A DNA stretch of 64,000 nucleotides from an uncultured bacterium. Lineage in GTDB: Bacteria > UBP7 > UBA6624. Below are positions 36,036-44,937 of this stretch, one piece after another (position 1 is the stretch's first letter; every line of letters begins with the position of its first letter). The notes under the pieces were generated by a model that was given only the letters and a program-made list of their open reading frames with translations, ran no database searches and was not told where the DNA came from. The stretch spans positions 6,862 to 70,861 of the forward strand of contig CAZFBE010000002.1 of assembly GCA_964517115.1 (NCBI GenBank), in the 5' to 3' direction. The translations under genes were made by a program, and so were the position numbers.

Positions 36036-36474
36036 TTTCTTTTTCTTTTTAAACGAAGTTTTTTCTGGGGAAAAATGTACTCTTGAAAATTTAGGAAATT
36101 GTCATTTCTATGGTCCTGCAGTCCCAGTTAATGCTTATCTATTTTTAGCAATGATTCTTTTCGGACTTGGTGCTTATGGGGTTGTTACAAGAAGGCACCT
36201 GATAAGTATTTTGATGTGTATGGAAATTATGCTCAATGCTGTTAATTTAATGCTCGTTGCTTTTAGTAGACAGTGGGGCCTTTCTTCAATGAGGCCTCCA
36301 TTTGTTTCTACCGGCGATGAATTGTGGGTGTATGTTCCTGTAGGGCAAATATTTGTAATATTTTCTTTAACCATTGCAGTTGCAGAAGCCGCGATTGGTT
36401 TGGCTCTTGTTTATCATATTTACAAATCTTTAGGAACGACACAGGCGGATGATTTTGATTTATTGAAAGGATGA
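36019..36474 (+). CDS. nuoK: NADH-quinone oxidoreductase subunit K. The true start may be the internal ATG at 36151.
   Basis: MILFGLGAYGVVTRRHLISILMCMEIMLNAVNL matches the NuoK core. The first 44 codons of the ORF are non-homologous. Confidence 0.8.
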   Translation: MMEMFNFFFFLNEVFSGEKCTLENLGNCHFYGPAVPVNAYLFLAMILFGLGAYGVVTRRHLISILMCMEIMLNAVNLMLVAFSRQWGLSSMRPPFVSTGDELWVYVPVGQIFVIFSLTIAVAEAAIGLALVYHIYKSLGTTQADDFDLLKG

Positions 36475-38483
36475 ACTATTTAATTTTAATTCCACTATTG
36501 CCATTGTTGGCATTTGCTTTAATAGCACCTTTGACCAGAATATGGAAAAGAAAGGCTGCATTTATTGCAACAGGGGCAATTATTGGATCGTCAATTTTGT
36601 CTTTGTTACTTTTTTTCCAATCTCTTGCTTCTGGGGGGCCTTTAAAAGATGGTGATTTTTGGACAGCTAATCATCATCCTGTAAACCTTACCTGGACATT
36701 GCCGAACTGGCTTCCTTTGGGTGGAGGAAATTTTGTTGACCTGAGTCTTTCTGCTGACGGTTTTACGTTAATGATGCTTCTTGTTGTTACCTTGGTCAGT
36801 ACAGCAGTTCACATATATTCCTTCGGATATATGGATTATGGCGGCAAATATTATCAGCATGAGGAAAAAAACCTTCCTAGGTATTATGGCTATTTATCAA
36901 TTTTTACGGCAGCAATGTTGGTAATGGTTTTGGCAAACAATTTACTTTTGGCCTTTGTTGGTTGGGAGTTGATGGGGTTGGCAAGTTATCTATTGATAGG
37001 TTTTTGGTTTGACAAAGAAAGTGCTGCAGTTGCTGCCAAGAAGGCTTTTCTTACAACAAAGGTTGGAGACCTCTCCTTGTTTCTTGGAGTTTTAACTTTA
37101 TACGGCTTAACTGGAACTTTCAATATTCCAAAAATTTTAGAATTTGCTTCAACCCATGATACAAATGGCATATTGTCTGTTGCAGCATTGCTTATTTTTG
37201 GTGGTGCTATGGGTAAAAGTGCACAGTTTTTTCTGCATGTTTGGTTGCCTGATGCAATGGAGGGTCCAACTCCAGCTTCTTCTCTTATTCATGCGGCAAC
37301 AATGGTTGCAGCTGGTGTTTATCTAATTGCAAGACTGCAACCAATTTACACAGGGGAAGTAACATCTTCAATTGTTTCACATATAGGTGCTTTTACAGCT
37401 CTTTTTGCAGCATCGATTGCTATAGCTCGCTGGGATATAAAAAGGGTTTTAGCTTATTCGACTATAAGCCAATTAGGGTTTATGGTTGCTGGAATTGGAA
37501 CAGGAAGTGTCGCCGCTGGTATATTTCATCTTTTTACTCATGCCTTTTTTAAAGCGTTGTTGTTCCAGGCTGCTGGTTCTGTGATTCATGGTGTTCATAC
37601 AAATGACATGAGAGAGATGGGTAATTTGAAAAAATACATGCCGAAAACTTTTATGGTTTTCTTAATTGGGACTTTGGCTCTTGCTGGAATTCCTCCATTT
37701 TCAGGATTTTTCAGCAAAGATGAAATTCTTTTGTCTGCATATAACTATGGCCAACATGGGGATGGATGGCTTCCTTATGCGATGCTTTCAATTGCCGCTT
37801 TCTTTACGGCTTTCTATATGTTTAGGGTTATTTACTTAACATTCTTTGGCAAATATAGAGGACATGGTCACCCCCATGAATCTCCTTCAGTGATGACGAC
37901 ACCTATGATCTTTTTGGCAGCAATGTGTCTCATACCCTCTTTTGTAGGGGTTCCTGGAAAACATGGTTCTTGGGCAGCATTATTCATTGACCCCCATCCA
38001 CATCATGGACTCAATTGGCAAGTGGCAATAGTTTCAACAGTATTGGCTATTGTTGCTATGCTGTTGGCAAAAAAGATATTTTTGAAAAAATCAGAGATGA
38101 AAAAGATTGAATTTGGATTCTTTGAAAAAGAAAATCCGGTTTTATGGAGAGCCTTGTCAAAAAGGCTATATGTAGACGAAGTTCTTCAGTGGTCCTTTGT
38201 GAAGCCCGGATCATATTTGGCAGATCGAGTTGCTTGGTTTGACAAGAGCGTCATTGATGGAATAGTTAATAGGGTGGCTGGATTTGGAGAAAGCCTTTCT
38301 TCAATTTCAGGATTTATTGACAAATATATTGTTGACGGAATTGTTAATCTTTTTGGAAGTTTAACAAAAGCTGGACATAGGTTAGTAAAAATGTATCAGA
38401 CTGGTTTTGTTTCTGGTTATCTTTTCATGATATTGATTATGTTGGCTTTAATTTTATTGACCCAAGGTTATTGGGTGTCTTAG
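36471..38483 (+). CDS. nuoL: NADH-quinone oxidoreductase subunit L
   Basis: 670 aa. LHVWLPDAMEGPTPASSLIHAATMVAAGVYLIAR and the long C-terminal amphipathic arm are present. Confidence 0.9.
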   Translation: MNYLILIPLLPLLAFALIAPLTRIWKRKAAFIATGAIIGSSILSLLLFFQSLASGGPLKDGDFWTANHHPVNLTWTLPNWLPLGGGNFVDLSLSADGFTLMMLLVVTLVSTAVHIYSFGYMDYGGKYYQHEEKNLPRYYGYLSIFTAAMLVMVLANNLLLAFVGWELMGLASYLLIGFWFDKESAAVAAKKAFLTTKVGDLSLFLGVLTLYGLTGTFNIPKILEFASTHDTNGILSVAALLIFGGAMGKSAQFFLHVWLPDAMEGPTPASSLIHAATMVAAGVYLIARLQPIYTGEVTSSIVSHIGAFTALFAASIAIARWDIKRVLAYSTISQLGFMVAGIGTGSVAAGIFHLFTHAFFKALLFQAAGSVIHGVHTNDMREMGNLKKYMPKTFMVFLIGTLALAGIPPFSGFFSKDEILLSAYNYGQHGDGWLPYAMLSIAAFFTAFYMFRVIYLTFFGKYRGHGHPHESPSVMTTPMIFLAAMCLIPSFVGVPGKHGSWAALFIDPHPHHGLNWQVAIVSTVLAIVAMLLAKKIFLKKSEMKKIEFGFFEKENPVLWRALSKRLYVDEVLQWSFVKPGSYLADRVAWFDKSVIDGIVNRVAGFGESLSSISGFIDKYIVDGIVNLFGSLTKAGHRLVKMYQTGFVSGYLFMILIMLALILLTQGYWVS

Positions 38484-38495
38484 AGGAGAAAGATT

Positions 38496-40145
38496 ATGTC
38501 TTTATTAAATTTAACACTATTTTCATTTTGGAGTCAACCTTTAAATATTTTGATTTTCCTTCCTTTGCTTGGTGCCCTTATTGCATCATTCACTAAAGGT
38601 GAGAAAAAATTAAGAATGGTGATGATAGGAACGAGTGCTGTTACGTTTCTTTACTCTCTACAGGTTTGGCGCTTGTTTTCTTTGGAACCTGCACAGAAAT
38701 TTATTGCTGAGTTGGGGGAGTCTTTTGCCGATCCTTTTGGTTTTAAATTAGGATACTTGGCACCTTGGTTCCCTGAAATTGGCATGGGCAATGGCCCGGG
38801 TGTTTCTTGGTATCTTGGTATTGATGGAATATCTTTATCCTTGATAGTTTTAACTACTTTTGTCTCTATATCTGCTGCTATATCAAGCAATTCAATAAAA
38901 GAAAGGTTACAACTTTATGTAATACTTTTCCTTCTTTTAGAAACCTCTCTTCTCGGTGTTTTGGTTGCCAGGGACTTCTTTATGTTCTTTGTGTTTTGGG
39001 AATTGATGTTATTGCCAATGTATTTCTTGATTGGTATTTGGGGTGGTAAAAATAGAATTTATGCAGCTATAAAACTTTTCTTATACACTTTAGCGGGCTC
39101 TGTTGCTGTTTTGATAGGGATACTTATAATGTTTTGGGCATCTCCAGTAAGATCTTTTGGAATATCTGAATTAACTACCTTTTTTGCCAATAATGTTCCT
39201 GTTACTGGCCCTGGCTTAGTTACTCAAACTTCTTTGTTTTTATTGTTTTTTATTGGTTTTGGAATAAAGGTTCCAATAGTTCCATTTCATACCTGGCTTC
39301 CTGATGCACACGTTCAGGCACCAACTCCAATTTCAATGATGTTAGCCGCTGTTTTGTTGAAGATGGGAACTTATGGTTTTATAAGGATTTTGTTACCTGC
39401 AACAAATGGAGCTATACATGACACAAATGGAATAGCTGTTCCAATTATGGCGATTGTTGGTGTGGTTAGCATGATTTATGCAGCCTTGGCCGCAATGGCT
39501 CAAAAAGACTGGAAGAGTATGGTCGCATATTCTTCTATTTCGCATATGGGATATCTTATTTTTGCTTTTTCTACAGCAAGTGAAATTGGTTTGTCTGCAG
39601 GAATGTTCATCATGATAAGCCATGGTTTAATTAGCGCTTGCATGTTCCATTTGGTTGGTGTTGTTTATGAGCGTACTCATAATAGAGATTTGTTGGCTTA
39701 TGGTGGTCTTGGAAGCATTGTTCCTACCTACTTCACAATATGGATTTTTGTTGGTATGGCGAACCTTGGCCTTCCCGGTCTTTCGGGATTTTGGGGAGAA
39801 TTCATGGCATTCGTTGCTGCTTTCAGCAAATTTGACTGGATTGTTTCTTCAGGTATTTTTGAAGGGATGAATTTCTTTAGAGTTTTAGCAGGTTTTGGAG
39901 TTGTAACTATTGTTATAACAGCCGCGTACATGTTGTTGATGATTCAAAGAATATTCATGGGTCCTTTGAATGAAAAGTGGAAAGACCTCAAAGACATGAA
40001 GAAATGGGAAGTATGGGCGATAGCACCAGTTATGTTTTTTATACTTTATTATGGATTGAATCCAAAAGCTCTTGTTGATATTTATGGAGAATCAACAGCT
40101 AGATTAGCTGAAAGTTTAGGATATTTAACTTCTATCATTCCGTAG
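38496..40145 (+). CDS. nuoM: NADH-quinone oxidoreductase subunit M
   Basis: 549 aa. [32 protein letters not shown] is NuoM-type rather than NuoN-type. Confidence 0.8.
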   Translation: MSLLNLTLFSFWSQPLNILIFLPLLGALIASFTKGEKKLRMVMIGTSAVTFLYSLQVWRLFSLEPAQKFIAELGESFADPFGFKLGYLAPWFPEIGMGNGPGVSWYLGIDGISLSLIVLTTFVSISAAISSNSIKERLQLYVILFLLLETSLLGVLVARDFFMFFVFWELMLLPMYFLIGIWGGKNRIYAAIKLFLYTLAGSVAVLIGILIMFWASPVRSFGISELTTFFANNVPVTGPGLVTQTSLFLLFFIGFGIKVPIVPFHTWLPDAHVQAPTPISMMLAAVLLKMGTYGFIRILLPATNGAIHDTNGIAVPIMAIVGVVSMIYAALAAMAQKDWKSMVAYSSISHMGYLIFAFSTASEIGLSAGMFIMISHGLISACMFHLVGVVYERTHNRDLLAYGGLGSIVPTYFTIWIFVGMANLGLPGLSGFWGEFMAFVAAFSKFDWIVSSGIFEGMNFFRVLAGFGVVTIVITAAYMLLMIQRIFMGPLNEKWKDLKDMKKWEVWAIAPVMFFILYYGLNPKALVDIYGESTARLAESLGYLTSIIP

Positions 40146-40580
40146 ATTTTCTGGAATTATCATAAGTATTATTCCAGTAACAACAGCAGCGTCTGCTATG
40201 TTGAAAACAGGCCAATCTCCTATGGAGATAAAATCGATAACAAAACCTCTAGTCATTCTGTCAACAAGATTTCCCAACGCTCCTCCAAGGATAAGCCCAG
40301 CGGGAATGATCAAGTGAGTTTTTTTTGTTAGGAATTCCTCTTCTTTTAAAAAATTGTAAAGACTATGTACGGCAAAAGCCATAATGAAAACAACAAATGC
40401 TTGATTTTCTGACAAGAATCCAAGCATCAAGCCTTCATTTTTTACAATTACAAATTTATAGAGAGATTCTTCTCCCAAAGGGTAATGCATCCCATGTGGT
40501 GTAAATTGCCTCCATGCAAATTGCTTTGTCAGGGTGTCAATGACAAGAGTCACCAAGCATGAAAGCCAAAGTTTGTTCAT
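40125..40580 (-). CDS. lspA: Lipoprotein signal peptidase II
   Basis: 151 aa. [35 protein letters not shown] is present. Confidence 0.85.
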   Translation of the reverse strand: MNKLWLSCLVTLVIDTLTKQFAWRQFTPHGMHYPLGEESLYKFVIVKNEGLMLGFLSENQAFVVFIMAFAVHSLYNFLKEEEFLTKKTHLIIPAGLILGGALGNLVDRMTRGFVIDFISIGDWPVFNIADAAVVTGIILMIIPENLRNDRS

Positions 40581-41359
40581 AAGTTGAATAGTCTATTAGC
40601 ATTTGCTGTTGTTGCTGATGCTATTTCTTTTAAATCTAGATTTTTTAATGTTGCAATATATTCAGCAATTTCTAAAAGATTTTTTGGTTCGTTTATTGTC
40701 CCTCTCCTGCTTTGAGGGGGAAGATAGGGAGAGTCTGTCTCTAAAAGAAAATGATTTATCGGGCCATTCTGGATTGCCTCTCTTAGTTTTTCATTTTTCT
40801 TGTAAGTGACCATTCCTCCTAAACCAACAAAGAATCCTAGCTTTATTATCTCATTTAGTTCTTTTTCAGAATGATGAAAAGCATGAAAAACTCCTTTAAT
40901 TCCAGGATAATCTTTTATGACAGAAACAAGCTCTTGAAAACTGTTTCGTTCATGAAGTATTATTGGAAGATCTTTTTCGATAGCCAATTCGCATTGGAAT
41001 CTTAAGGATTCAATTTGTGCATCTTTGCTTACAGGGCATTTGAAAAAATCCAATCCGGTTTCTCCAATTGCGACAGCTTTATCTAAAGCATTAATTATTT
41101 TGTTTTTTTTTCCAATTGTTTCATCTGCATGATAAGGGTGTGATCCCGCAGCAAGAAAAATATTTTTAATGTTTATTTTTGATATTCCTGGCTTTATTGC
41201 GGGAATAAGGATTTTTTTAACTGATTTTTTATATGCATTATTGATGATTTGATTGGTATTTTCTTCAAATTGTTTGTTGTCCAATTGGTTTCGAACACTC
41301 AATAAACGATTATGTGCATCGAAGATCATGTCCAAATGGCAATGTGTATCAAAAAGCAT
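40577..41359 (-). CDS. tatD: TatD-family metal-dependent hydrolase
   Basis: 260 aa. [18 protein letters not shown] and the His/Asp/Glu ligand pattern are present. Confidence 0.85.
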   Translation of the reverse strand: MLFDTHCHLDMIFDAHNRLLSVRNQLDNKQFEENTNQIINNAYKKSVKKILIPAIKPGISKINIKNIFLAAGSHPYHADETIGKKNKIINALDKAVAIGETGLDFFKCPVSKDAQIESLRFQCELAIEKDLPIILHERNSFQELVSVIKDYPGIKGVFHAFHHSEKELNEIIKLGFFVGLGGMVTYKKNEKLREAIQNGPINHFLLETDSPYLPPQSRRGTINEPKNLLEIAEYIATLKNLDLKEIASATTANANRLFNL

Positions 41360-41401
41360 AATAAAATTTTATTCTCTTAAATATGTATTTGATTCAAAAA
41401 A

Positions 41402-42151
41402 ATGAAAAATAAAAATAATTATTGGAAAAAAGTTCTAAATGGAGATGTTCCTTCAAGGCTTCAGATTGCTTTGTCTGAACCAATAGCTTCAGATCTTGTC
41501 GTTTCAGAAACACACAAATTGGCTGTTGCACATAAGGAAATGCACGAAATACTAATCGAGCAAAATGATTTCATATGGGATGAGGGATGGGATTATGATT
41601 TGAGACCCGAGTCGAATATCATTTCTTTAAAATTGGAAATTCTTGAAAGGTGGTTTTTTTACAAAGGCTTAAATGCTAATCATGGTTGGAAAATAGAAAA
41701 TGTTGAAAGTCCAATTAGGCACATACATCTTTATGAATCTGAAGAAGAGTGCCTTCAGCCTCTTGAAAGCCTCATAACAGAATCTTATGATCAGGGTTGT
41801 GTTTGGATGGATGTTGAAATAAGCAAAGTGGAAAAGCTTCCAAGTCTTTTAGCAGCTTTAAAAAGTCTCGAAATAAACATTCCCATAAGGGCAATTTGCA
41901 ATTTTGAGTGGGATCCTGTACCCGTCTCTCTTTTGACTTGGGTTTTTGATGAATTTTTAATTAATGGAAAATGTATGGGAGATGTTGAAAAAGGTCCAAA
42001 TTGGCCTGGTATGAGAGAGGCAAAAATGCTATCTCTTGCGGGAGAGAATGTTACATTTTTTATGTCGATTGACAATAGGCAAAAAAAAGACTGGGAGGAA
42101 AAATTAGATATTTGGAGTAAGAAAAATAATATCAATTTAATATTAAAATGA
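41402..42151 (+). CDS. Hypothetical cytoplasmic protein (249 aa)
   Basis: Intact ORF, ATGA-coupled to the next gene. No motif recognised. Confidence 0.4.
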   Translation: MKNKNNYWKKVLNGDVPSRLQIALSEPIASDLVVSETHKLAVAHKEMHEILIEQNDFIWDEGWDYDLRPESNIISLKLEILERWFFYKGLNANHGWKIENVESPIRHIHLYESEEECLQPLESLITESYDQGCVWMDVEISKVEKLPSLLAALKSLEINIPIRAICNFEWDPVPVSLLTWVFDEFLINGKCMGDVEKGPNWPGMREAKMLSLAGENVTFFMSIDNRQKKDWEEKLDIWSKKNNINLILK

Positions 42152-42972
42152 GTTTCTTTTTGTTGGCTTTTATTCCATTTTCTCATCCTTTTTGGAGTTC
42201 TCTTCCTACCCCTTTGGTACCTGAAGATGCACAAAGATTTTCTTCAGCTTCTTATGCCAGTGTTGAAAATGGGATTTACATGGATGGGGAAGTTTTCTCT
42301 TTTTCTGACTCCCTGTCTTTTGAATTAGGGGGATTCGATATTTCAGCAGATTTATATTACTTGGGTGGAGGCTTTATGGATTCTTCAATTGATTCTTGGC
42401 ATTCTTTTTGGGGTTTACCCTTGGGAGATAGGCCTAATATGCCAAAAAATGAAGTTTTGATGAGGTTTGAAAATAATGGAAATGTTTTTTGGGAGGTCAG
42501 TGATTCAGGTTTTGGAGTAAGTCCATTTAGGGTTTCTAAAGATATATCAAAAGATATAGCCTTCAAGGCTGTTCTTCTTCCTGGCTTTGGTCCCTTGGAC
42601 CTTTTTTCTGAACCTAGTTTTTCGATTTATAAAAAATATAAATATGGACATTGGTTTGGTGAATATGGGGTGGGTTGGTTTGGAGGAGTTGATATTGAGG
42701 GCATTGGTGGGTCAGAGTTTTTTTCTTTTTCAGCCTTTAGGGAAAAGGAGATTGATGGAAAAGTTTTTAATTTTGGGATTATGTCATCTAGCAATTTGTG
42801 GAATGGTCCAAAAAATAACACCTTGGAAGGGCAGATCACCGAAGCTTATTTTTCAGCTTTATTTGACCTTGGGGACCATTTTTTAAAAATAGGTTTTTCT
42901 GAAGATCTTTCAGTAAACAAGATAGCTGATTTTGTTTTATTTTTTGAAATTTTTTCAGCAGAAATTGATTAA
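42148..42972 (+). CDS. Hypothetical secreted Gly/Phe/Ser-rich protein (274 aa)
   Basis: Hydrophobic N-terminus MSFFLLAFIPFSHPFWSS. Repeated aromatic/Gly segments suggest a beta-rich envelope protein. Confidence 0.4.
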   Translation: MSFFLLAFIPFSHPFWSSLPTPLVPEDAQRFSSASYASVENGIYMDGEVFSFSDSLSFELGGFDISADLYYLGGGFMDSSIDSWHSFWGLPLGDRPNMPKNEVLMRFENNGNVFWEVSDSGFGVSPFRVSKDISKDIAFKAVLLPGFGPLDLFSEPSFSIYKKYKYGHWFGEYGVGWFGGVDIEGIGGSEFFSFSAFREKEIDGKVFNFGIMSSSNLWNGPKNNTLEGQITEAYFSALFDLGDHFLKIGFSEDLSVNKIADFVLFFEIFSAEID

Positions 42973-43121
42973 TCTTTTTTTTTATTTTCTTTTGTCATGT
43001 GTATAGAAAATTGAGATAAGAGAACTGCAACAACTACATCCCACAATGGATCAACTTCTGGCCAACCATAATTCCAAATTACTACAAGACATAACCAATA
43101 AAGCCATGCCTTGTTTTTCAT
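42969..43121 (-). CDS. Possible 50-aa small membrane protein, ATGA-coupled to the lipoprotein gene
   Basis: My translation gives MKNKAWLYWLCLVVIWNYGWPEVDPLWDVVVAVLLSQFSIHMTKENKKKD. Its start overlaps the TGA of the 43118..43531 gene. Confidence 0.25.
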   Translation of the reverse strand: MKNKAWLYWLCLVVIWNYGWPEVDPLWDVVVAVLLSQFSIHMTKENKKKD

Positions 43122-43531
43122 TTTTTTATTTTGTTTAAGACTTTTGCTCTTTCAAGCCTTATTTCACAATTGTTTCCATAACCATTTTCTTCTGAAAGGT
43201 ATCCTGCAAAATATCCTTTAACATAAAAAGTGCATTTTGCCTGATAACTGCTAATGCAATCTTGCCCTATTTTTTTTCCCTCTTTGTTCTTCATCACTAC
43301 TCTTGCATAAGTCTTTCCTGTTGGGTCTTTTCCTATCCATTCCTGCCTGTCGTCAGGAAGGAATGTGAGATCAAAGAAAAACAATGGGATTTTGAATATT
43401 TTCCCTTTTTGATAATCCTGAATTAGGTTTGGGTTTGTTTTGATTTTTGTGCATATCTTTCCAACTGTTGTTTTTTCAGCCATGCATGATGATAAAAAGA
43501 CAAGCAATAAAATTAATGTTGTTTTTTTCAT
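43118..43531 (-). CDS. Hypothetical lipoprotein (137 aa)
   Basis: MKKTTLILLLVFLSSC carries a lipobox (LSSC). The protein has 6 additional Cys. Confidence 0.5.
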   Translation of the reverse strand: MKKTTLILLLVFLSSCMAEKTTVGKICTKIKTNPNLIQDYQKGKIFKIPLFFFDLTFLPDDRQEWIGKDPTGKTYARVVMKNKEGKKIGQDCISSYQAKCTFYVKGYFAGYLSEENGYGNNCEIRLERAKVLNKIKK

Positions 43532-43634
43532 TGCTTCATTAAAACAAATATCATGCTCTTCACCGATATCAACAATACGACAAAGCCAACAAGTATCAAT
43601 ATTAAATATTTTTTACTCAATTAAAAAATATCAT

Positions 43635-44804
43635 TTATTCAAGTTCGTCATCTTTCAAAGCTTGATAAGCATGCTGTTGGGCCAAGTCTTTACCAGTTGG
43701 TCCATCTTTGCTTTCAATCCATCTTTTTTTAACTTCTTTTTGGATTTTTGGCAAAGTTGTATATTCCATTTGGTCTGGTGGAAGTCTGTGAGGCTCAAAT
43801 GGTCCGTGCATTCTCATGTAGTCAGCGACATCATTCGCTTTTTGTCTTGCATTGTCAAATCCAGGATCATTAAACATGTCTCTAGGTCCAACCAGCATTC
43901 CATCTGCAATTTGAAAACCAGCACCAATAACCCTTGGGGGGCCATCGAATCTGCTGGGATTGCAGTCTTCGAATGAACAAGGCATCATTGGTCCTGTATG
44001 AGATCCTCTCATCCATCCAGGGACGAGATGAGGAAATGCAAATGGGTTTGTCACTTCTCCAACTGCAGGCAATCCTGACTGACATCTGATAATCATTGCA
44101 GGGTCATCTTTTCCTATGTATTTTCCAGCCAAAAGTGAAAGCTTATCAGTTGACATTGTTGCTGCTGGAATTTTGTCTCCCCTTCTTCTGATGTTTTTTA
44201 TAACATATGTTTCAACAGCCCCAATGAAAGCAAGAATCTTGTAAGACTCTTCAGGAGCTTTCAATGTGATGATTTTATTATTTTTGACATCCATGATATC
44301 GAATTCAAAACCAGCATGCATATTCTCATCAATTACCAATCCTGGAGTGTTGAATGGGTCAGCAAACATTTTATAAGCTGGGAAATTCCATGCTCCTGGG
44401 CTTGTTTTATCTGCAAGAAAAACAATAAAAGGTTCACTTGTTCTTTCTTCAAATTCCATTTCTGCGCATCCAGGACCCATGCCTTTGATGTTCCCAGAAA
44501 AACCTTCAGACAATAGATCTTGGCCAGCTCCATAAAGTTTTAATTTTTTTGCAACTTTTGTACCTTCAACAAATGTATCCCAGCCCAACTTGTGAATCTC
44601 TTCACAGTCTTCACCTTTGTCATGTGTCATTACCAATGCCATGTCATCTCCAACCCACAAAACTCTAAAGTCTTTAATTTGACCTTTGTCTTTTGAGGAT
44701 TGCAGTTCTTCTTCTGCTTTTATTATTAAGTCTGGATGAATTGCAGAATGTCCTACAAATCCACCAATATCTGCTTTTATTACGCTTAAGGTTGTTTTAG
44801 TCAT
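43635..44804 (-). CDS. fbp: Bifunctional fructose-1,6-bisphosphate aldolase/phosphatase (archaeal-type, class V FBPase)
   Basis: 389 aa. The N-terminus MTKTTLSVIKADIGGFVGHSAIHPDLI matches the hallmark start of FBP aldolase/phosphatase, and the family length fits. Confidence 0.8.
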   Translation of the reverse strand: MTKTTLSVIKADIGGFVGHSAIHPDLIIKAEEELQSSKDKGQIKDFRVLWVGDDMALVMTHDKGEDCEEIHKLGWDTFVEGTKVAKKLKLYGAGQDLLSEGFSGNIKGMGPGCAEMEFEERTSEPFIVFLADKTSPGAWNFPAYKMFADPFNTPGLVIDENMHAGFEFDIMDVKNNKIITLKAPEESYKILAFIGAVETYVIKNIRRRGDKIPAATMSTDKLSLLAGKYIGKDDPAMIIRCQSGLPAVGEVTNPFAFPHLVPGWMRGSHTGPMMPCSFEDCNPSRFDGPPRVIGAGFQIADGMLVGPRDMFNDPGFDNARQKANDVADYMRMHGPFEPHRLPPDQMEYTTLPKIQKEVKKRWIESKDGPTGKDLAQQHAYQALKDDELE

Positions 44805-44925
44805 TAGACCTCCAAATTTTTATTATGTTGTTTCTTATTCTATAATTTTTTATTAAAAAATTAAAAACAGAGTTTATTTCTTTGTTTTCTCTCATTTTGC
44901 TATACGATTGTAAGGTTTACTAAAC

Positions 44926-44931
44926 GGAGGT
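44926..44931 (+). promoter_or_regulatory. Shine-Dalgarno sequence (GGAGGT) for the giant lipoprotein gene
   Basis: ggaggt sits 6 nt upstream of the ATG at 44938. A TATAAT hexamer lies at 44841-44846 in the divergent intergenic region. Confidence 0.5.
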
Positions 44932-44937
44932 AACATT

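Noticed and set aside
44828-44846. Candidate -35/-10 pair (ttgttt / tataat) upstream of the giant gene
   Set aside because: The spacing between the hexamers is only about 7 bp. TATAAT alone is kept as a weak note, but no promoter is called.
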